Assembly (NCBI GenBank): GCA_964016885.1 | Contig: OZ024742.1 | Location: 310,744,001 to 310,808,000, forward strand | Direction: 5' to 3' | Source of the DNA: Eledone cirrhosa | Lineage: Eukaryota | Length of the DNA stretch: 64,000 nucleotides | Shown: piece after piece, positions 57,301 through 64,000 of the stretch | Position numbering within the stretch: position 1 is the stretch's first letter | How the letters are laid out: each line of letters begins with the position of its first letter | Translations under genes and position numbers: made by a program | Notes under the pieces: generated by a model | What the model saw: the letters and a program-made list of their open reading frames with translations, nothing else | The model's database searches: none | What the model was told of the DNA's origin: nothing

Positions 57301-59017
57301 ACCACAAGAATTCTTTCACAGATCCAAGCAAAAAATCTTCAACAGCACTATCAGGCGTACTCTGGCAACTTAAGCTAGATAACGTTAGATATTCGACGGC
57401 TTGGAATATAGTCTCAAGAGGGATTCCTTTTAATTCATCCTCTGAGACATGTGACCTCTGCGCAGAGGAGATATTCTTTATACTAAAATCTAAAAATTCC
57501 CTTAATCTACGGACAAATTTATTCAGTTGCTGCAAACATAGATTAAACTCAACTTTTAAATATAAATTTAAATTTAAAATGTAGTATATTTAGTTTGATT
57601 TATAATTATTTGGGAAACTAGCCGATAAATCTTTCGATTTCTTCTTTTTATTCTTCTTTTTTATTTTTATTTTTATTTAAACATTCTTCATGAAAATTAA
57701 ACTACCCTAAAAGTTGATGCTCCAAATATTTCGAATAAACGTTACACTAGATAAACTTCTATATTAAATATAAGAACACATGTAGACCAAATGGGCATCC
57801 TAAACTTTTTGAAATGATTTTTGCTAGACGCGACTTGATAAATAATTTTTAGCTTTATCTGTTTTCGACTCTGATGCTTATAATGAACTTGGCAATATAT
57901 TGTCAATTAATTTTGAAGGGTTGATCTTTGTGGTTTATTTTTATTGTTGTAATATTTTCTAATATTTTTATTTTTAATATGTAATATTTTTTGTAATATT
58001 TTTTATTTTTTAGTTTTCTATTTTATTATTATTTATTATTATTATCATTATTATTTTTTGTTTTTGTTTCTGATATTTTTTATTAATATATTGAAATCTG
58101 TTCTCTATTTCTGCTTGATAGATAATCACGTAGAGTAAAGACAAGAATAGTATTGTTAAAATTAATATAGACTCTATATATATGTGTATATATATATACA
58201 CATATATGTATGCTTAAATTTTTATAGCACAATGAGAATGTTCTCCGTGTGAAATAGGGGTTTGCAGAATTGATCACGTAAATTCACATCGATGTTTGTA
58301 GTTATCATATAAACATATGAATTTTTTAAAACTAAACATAAGATCATTACTTTTCACACATTATGGATACGTGTCTCATTCAGGAATACTGATATTTACA
58401 TTATAGCGCCTGGTTTTTATACGTACTAATACTTCTACATTAAAACATAGGGTTTTTAAATTATGCCTCGCCTATGTCTGGTTACTTTTCATTTTTCTCT
58501 CTATATAACGTCTGGTTTCTTTCCTAACCACATATATCATTAATACTAGAGCTAAATAAATAAATAAATAAATAAATGTATCATTGATACGCTCATTCAA
58601 CGGATGTCCAACTACCTACTTTTCTCTATATATATCTATCTCTATCTATTTCCTCTCTCTATATATATCTCTCTCTGTTTCTTTACATGAAGTTCTTCTC
58701 TTTATCTATCTTTCCATATCTCTATTTTGTTGCATGCATTTCTTCTTTTTTCTTCTTTTTCTTCGTTTTCTTTCTTTCTTTTCTTTCTTTCCTTCTTTCT
58801 CTCTTTCTTTCTTTTTGTTTACAATTTTTCACTGCCAAATCAACTTTTTCAAATACAAGTCGATGTTGAACGGTATGTCAAATCTATTTATCTATAAAAC
58901 TGTCTATATTGTATTTTGTCTGAGGAAGGCATAACATATTGTTAATATGATATCCCTGAAATATATATAATGAAATAAATATGGTTTTATAAATATAGTT
59001 TCCATTTATTTAATATC

Positions 59018-59020
<3 letters not shown>
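54317..59020. mobile_element. Penelope-like (Neptune-like) element as a 4.7-kb inverted structure
   Basis: Plus 56549-59020: VNFLD, SNHP, WFAPP, CNCRDRSKCPL, IIY..YVGST, CDLCAEE, then a 1.4-kb 3'UTR. 54317-56361 is the reverse complement of 56944-58982. 56361-56548 on minus encodes FDITMGSSDSAQVTDLVGLFL. Confidence 0.9.
58912..58977 (+). ncRNA. Type I hammerhead ribozyme at the PLE 3' end (inverted copy at 54320-54385)
   Basis: tattttgt CTGAGGA agg...cct GAAA tatata TA atgaaata. 8-bp stem I with two GU pairs; palindromic loop III. Confidence 0.7.
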
Positions 59021-59099
<79 letters not shown>

Positions 59100-60098
59100 G
59101 TAAGCTATCGCTGTATTTTGACTAAAGATATTAAAGAAAATTATTTACCAATGATGTGTTGGTGTTGGTGTAATGGTAGCACAGTGGTCTGGTTTACCAA
59201 AGATGTGGGTTCGACTCCCATGCACGTCAATACTCATCTTTTTCCATTTCTCCGAGGGTTCTTAACCCCACTATCAGGCTAAATAATTTTCTTTAATTTC
59301 TTTAGTCAAAATACGGCGATAGCTTACATTTATAATTTCAAACTTGCTCGCTGTTTCGAAAATATTTTTACTTGATATATATATTTTATATATAATGTAT
59401 GTATATATATATATATAATGTATGTATATATATATATATAAATATATATATATACATACATTATATATCGACACACGATTTCATATCAAAAACCTTGCAA
59501 AACATTATATATATATTCTTCAAGACTATACAAATCATTTGAAGTTTTTTCCAAATTGAAGGATGAGTATTTTAAACTTTGTTTTATCATGAGTTAAGGC
59601 TCTATTGATTTTTCCCTGGATTTCATTAAATTCTGTTGGATGAATCTATATCCAGATTCTTTTTGAGTTGAGTTTGAATTATTTTTCCCACATCTTACGT
59701 TAACTATTTTCCCATTTTGACGCTATAGTCACTTATATATTATGGAATACTGTTGGCTTTTTGCTACAATATTTTCTATACCTTTCATTTATATATTTAT
59801 ACTCGGATTTCTTTCCTAGAGTGCTTAAATTATTTGTGACTAATCCCGGTATTTTTTTTTTATGAAAAAAACCGCGATAATATTGCTTTTTGTTGAACTC
59901 CTTATTGTAGAGTTTTTTTTCGGAATATTTTTGACTGTTGTTTCTTGTAAACAAACATTCGTCTCATTCTGACGTCACCAGCCCTGTCTTTCCACATGTG
60001 CGTTTTATTTTTCATAATCACGCATGATGGCGAACTAGCCTGCTTTTAATTCCCTTTTTGGCATATTAATCAGTGAGAAATTTTGGGTATCGAGTTGA

Positions 60099-60178
60099 GC
60101 TCTGCTGAGGATCGAATTCCAAACGTGACAATCTCCACTGAAATTTTTCGTGAAATAGTCTTCAAGACTATACAGAGC
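60099..60178 (+). ncRNA. Intact type I hammerhead ribozyme; cleavage AUA after 60172
   Basis: gctctg CTGAGGA t cgaa...ttcg t GAA atagtc ttcaa gactat A cagagc. Perfect 6-bp stems I and III. Confidence 0.88.
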
Positions 60179-60753
60179 ATTTGAAGTTTTTTCAAAATTG
60201 AAGGATGAGTATTTTAAACTTTATTTTATCATGAGTTAAGGTTCTATTGATTTTTCCCTGGATTTCACTAAATTCTGTTGGATGAATCTATATCCTGATT
60301 CTTTTTGAGTTGAGTTTGAATTATTTTTCCTACATTTTACGTTAACTATTTTTCCCATTTTGACGCTATAGTCACTTATATATTATGGAATACTATTGGC
60401 TTTTTGCTACAATATTTTCTATACCTTTCATTTATATATTTATACACAGATTTCTTTCCTAGAGTGCTTAAATTATTTGTGACTAATCCCGGTATTTTTT
60501 ATTTTTTATTTTTTATTTTATAAAAAACCGCGATAATATTGCTTTTTGCTGAACTCCTTATTGTAGAGTTTTTTTCGGAATGTTTTTGACTGTTGTTTCT
60601 TGCAAACAAACATTCGTCTCATTCTGACGTCACCATCCCTGTCTTTCCACATGTGCGTTTTATTTTTCATAATCACGCATGATGGCGAACTAGCCTGCTT
60701 TTAATTCCCTTTTTGGCATAATAATCAGTGAGAAATTTTGGTTATCGAGTTGA

Positions 60754-60833
60754 GCTCTGCTGAGGATCGAATTCCAACCATGACCATCTCCACTAAAGAT
60801 TTTCGTGAAATAGTCTTCAAGACTATACAGAGC
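60754..60833 (+). ncRNA. Intact type I hammerhead ribozyme; cleavage AUA after 60827
   Basis: Same stems and cores as 60099-60178. The differences fall in loop II. Confidence 0.88.
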
Positions 60834-61540
60834 ATTTGAAGTTTTTTCAAAATTGAAGGATGAGTATTTTAAACTTTATTTTATCATGAGTTAAGGCTCT
60901 ATTGATTTTTCCCTGGATTTCACTAAATTCTGTTGGATGAATCTATATCCTGATTCTTTTTGAGTTGAGTTTGAATTATTTTTCCCACATCTCACGTTAA
61001 CTATTTTTCCCATTTTGACGCTATAGTCACTTATATATTATGGAATCCTGTTCGCTTTTTTGCTACAATATTTTCTCGCTCTCTCTCTCTCTATATATAT
61101 ATATATATCCCTATGCACATCCATCGACGTTGATTCCGCTGTGGAGCCGTGCGTGGTGATGATCAGTGAGAGAGACGTGGAGTTCCGAGGGGTTGACACT
61201 AAAGAACAGGGTCTTCTTTTTAAATTTACCTGTGACAGAGTGCCTGGACACACACACACCCTTAGCTGTTTTTGCATCAGTAGACCAGTAAGATGGAGAA
61301 CCTCTACCACTTCGATGACAAGAAATACCTCCATAGAAAAATGGAGTGGTGGACCGCAGCCATGCGGACTCCAGAAAATCATTATCAGGTAACAAAAGTG
61401 ATCATACATGCGATGTTACTATTCAATAACAAAACATACAACCAAGAAGAGGTGACGGCCATCAGCGTCAGCATCGCTGGCGACGTGGCCAACTATATAT
61501 TTTCGCCTGTCTCAAAGTCCAGCAGTAGGAAGAGGGAAGC

Positions 61541-61584
61541 ATTGTCCTGATGGGGGCCATTTAAGTTCGAAATGTATAGACAAT
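61541..61584 (+). ncRNA. Hammerhead motif (A9G variant) overlapping the stop codon of an 85-aa ORF
   Basis: attgtc CTGATGG gggc catttaa gttc GAAA tgta TA gacaat. Perfect 6-bp stem I. Confidence 0.65.
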
Positions 61585-61715
61585 TATCCCCCTTTCTTCT
61601 GCTGGACGCCGCTCGGCGGCGCTGACCGCCAATCTTCTATACATAAGTGTGACTTTCAAAATGTTTATTTATAAAACATACCGTATATCTTTAGATATAC
61701 GAAATTCACACACAC

Positions 61716-61792
<77 letters not shown>

Positions 61793-62242
61793 GACACACA
61801 TATATATATGTATATTTATATAACCTTCCTTCTGGTGACCGAACTAGACGTATGTTAATATTGTCTAGGATCCTGAAACCTTTGGTAATGGAGTAGTTAT
61901 ATACTGTGTTGTTCACTTTCTAATTATATATATATAGGGCGGTGCCCCAGCATGGCCTCAGCCGGATGGCTGAAACAGGTAAAAGAGTAAAAGAGTATAT
62001 ATATATATATCTGTATATGTATATATATATATATATACACACACCCTTCTTCTCGTGGCATAATGTGGAAGGACACATTCATATGACCTTTCATACACAC
62101 ACCAACCAACAAAGACGTACTCGAATAAGCACACAAACATGTTGTCATGTTTCTGGTCACAGAAACACACATAATCGCACCTAACTAAGCACACAAACAT
62201 AGCCAGACACACACACAGTCATGCATTAATTAATACACAGAA

Positions 62243-62978
62243 ATGCTAATTGGGAGAGGAAATGGTATATATTTTATCTAATAATTCTAAAGACATGATT
62301 TATGATATATTGCTCTGATTATTTAATTTATTAATTCTTCATTGAGCCACAACGTGACCGGTTGCAAAACACATATATATTTATGACTTTATGTTTATGT
62401 ATATGTAAATCTTTATATTTAATAATCTCCCGTTAGGTTGAGATACAATTGGGCGATATTGGGCTGCGCTTTCTAGCAACAAGCCTACCCGCCGTAAGCA
62501 ACTAATCACATTCTTTCTAACTTGACCACTGCCACGACACGATTCTTAGCCATTTTTTAATCTATTTTTGGCGCGATCACTTTGGAAAATTAAATGTCTA
62601 ATTTTGAGTTCGCTCCCGATAGTCTGATACTCTGGACGTATCCTATTATTGGATGTCTAAAAATACGGACGAAACCATGGTAGAGATATAATTACGGTAT
62701 GTACACATTTCTTCTAAGTTTGAATTTACACCTAATTGTGTATGGTTGACGGTATATTTAGTCAATTTCTACATGCCGTTGAAATGTTGGATAAATACTC
62801 TATCTAAGGGCCACCGCGAAGAGGCCGCTTTCGGTTATTTGTCGGAAATTTCTTCATAGGAGCCTTTATTCTTATAGCTTGGTCTAATTGATTTTTTTAT
62901 ATGGTTAATTATGCTAATTGGGAGAGGAAATGGTATATATATTATCTAATGATTCTAAAGATATGATTTATGATATAT
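62243..62978 (+). mobile_element. ~668-bp tandem-unit element with a decayed HHR (62613-62685), truncated by an RTE insertion
   Basis: 62243-62310 repeats at 62911-62978. Motif: ctc ccgat-a gtctg...cggac GAAA ccatgg TA gag. Confidence 0.55.
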
Positions 62979-62982
62979 CTAT

Positions 62983-64000
62983 CTAAGGCGGGTAAAATTC
63001 CCGAGATCCATGGACGAGTTCTCTCCAGCGGTCTCTGTCCCTCATTATCGCTGCCATATCCTGCATCTCCAACAGACCAGTGTCTGTCCTTAGGGCATCA
63101 ACATATGTTAACCTTGGTCTTCCTCTTCTAGTGTGTCCATGTAGGGGCTCCCAAAGGAGCACTGAGTGCAATGTCAACTCTGGATGTCGGTGAGCATGTC
63201 CAGCCAACCTCAGTCTCCTCTGTGTCACTTTTGAGCTGACTTTTGGGATGCTCCCATACAGCTCTGAGTTTTTCATCCTCAGTGTATACTGATTAATGTT
63301 CAGAGCCATCCTCAGCATTCTCGTGTAGCACCCATCCACCATCTGAGTGAGTCTCTTGGTCAGTGTCCAAGTCTCAGACCCATACAGCAGCACAGACTCC
63401 ACTACAGCAATGAAGAGGCGGATTTTCAGGTCTCTACGAAGGTCCGACTTCCACACCGATCTCAAACTGTGACACGCCGCCCAGGCCTTGCTCTTCCTCC
63501 CAACCACATCATCTTCCGTATTCCCAATCTTTGCTCCCAAATACAGGAAGTCCTCAACCAATTCCAGCGGCTTCCCGCCTACATTAGTGATCCCCTCTGG
63601 CTTCTCAACATTCTCCACCAGATATTTTGTTTTAGTCTCATTCATTCTCAGCCCCACACTCATCGACACAGTCTCAACCTCCCGCATCAAATCCTCTGCC
63701 TCCTTCACTGTATTTGTCACCAAAACTATGTCGTCGGCAAATTCAGCATCCGATACCTTTTTCGCCCCAACTCTCCTGCTCTGAGCCGGTGCTACAGTAA
63801 AGCCAGTGTCCTGGTATTTCTCCAGTGCAAGGCGCATACAATAGTCCACTACGATGATAAAAAGGTAGGGAGCCAATGTATCTCCCTGGAGCACTCCAGC
63901 CAGTATCTCAAAGAACTCTGTCATCCCATCAGGTGTAATGACTTGGGCTTTGGTGTTGGTGTAGAGCAGTGATATCAGGTCCACTATCCTCTTGGGGATT
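62983..64000 (-). mobile_element. RTE-like LINE, third copy, running off the right edge
   Basis: Open 333-aa RT ORF, nearly identical to 51460-52911. Confidence 0.93.

Larger units (their letters stand above)
59517..61077 (+). mobile_element. Retrozyme-like tandem array: ~2.4 copies of a 642-655-bp non-coding unit with an intact HHR at each junction
   Basis: cttcaagactatac at 59518, 60160 and 60815. Flanked by a short (TA) run and by (CT)n/(TA)n. Confidence 0.9.

Overview
AT-rich, repeat-dominated animal genomic DNA. The SINE families resemble those of octopod cephalopods (inference). No complete host gene is visible; there is one candidate 116-bp exon. Most of the long ORFs in the track are artefacts of (TA)n/(TG)n/(CT)n microsatellites. 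Real coding sequence comes from retroelements: (1) an L1/Tx1-like gag ORF1; (2) a near full-length R4/Dong element (RT + restriction-like endonuclease) sitting in an (AAT)n tract; (3) three copies of an RTE-like LINE; (4) at least four Penelope-like element (PLE; RT/GIY-YIG) families. There are also many tRNA-derived SINEs, hAT-like and Tc1/pogo-like MITEs, a Helitron-like element and a 42/44-bp minisatellite. The most striking signal is not in the ORF track. By hand folding I find about 25 type I hammerhead-ribozyme (HHR) motifs, intact or decayed, from roughly 17-18 unrelated sequence families, most on islands within or beside (TA)n tracts. They include non-coding tandem units of about 431, 540, 655 and 668 bp with one HHR per unit (retrozyme/circular-RNA architecture), HHRs at PLE 3' ends, fold-back palindromes centred on HHR stems, and an unidentified ORF whose stop codon lies inside an HHR core. 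All structures were derived by eye and need covariance-model and biochemical confirmation.
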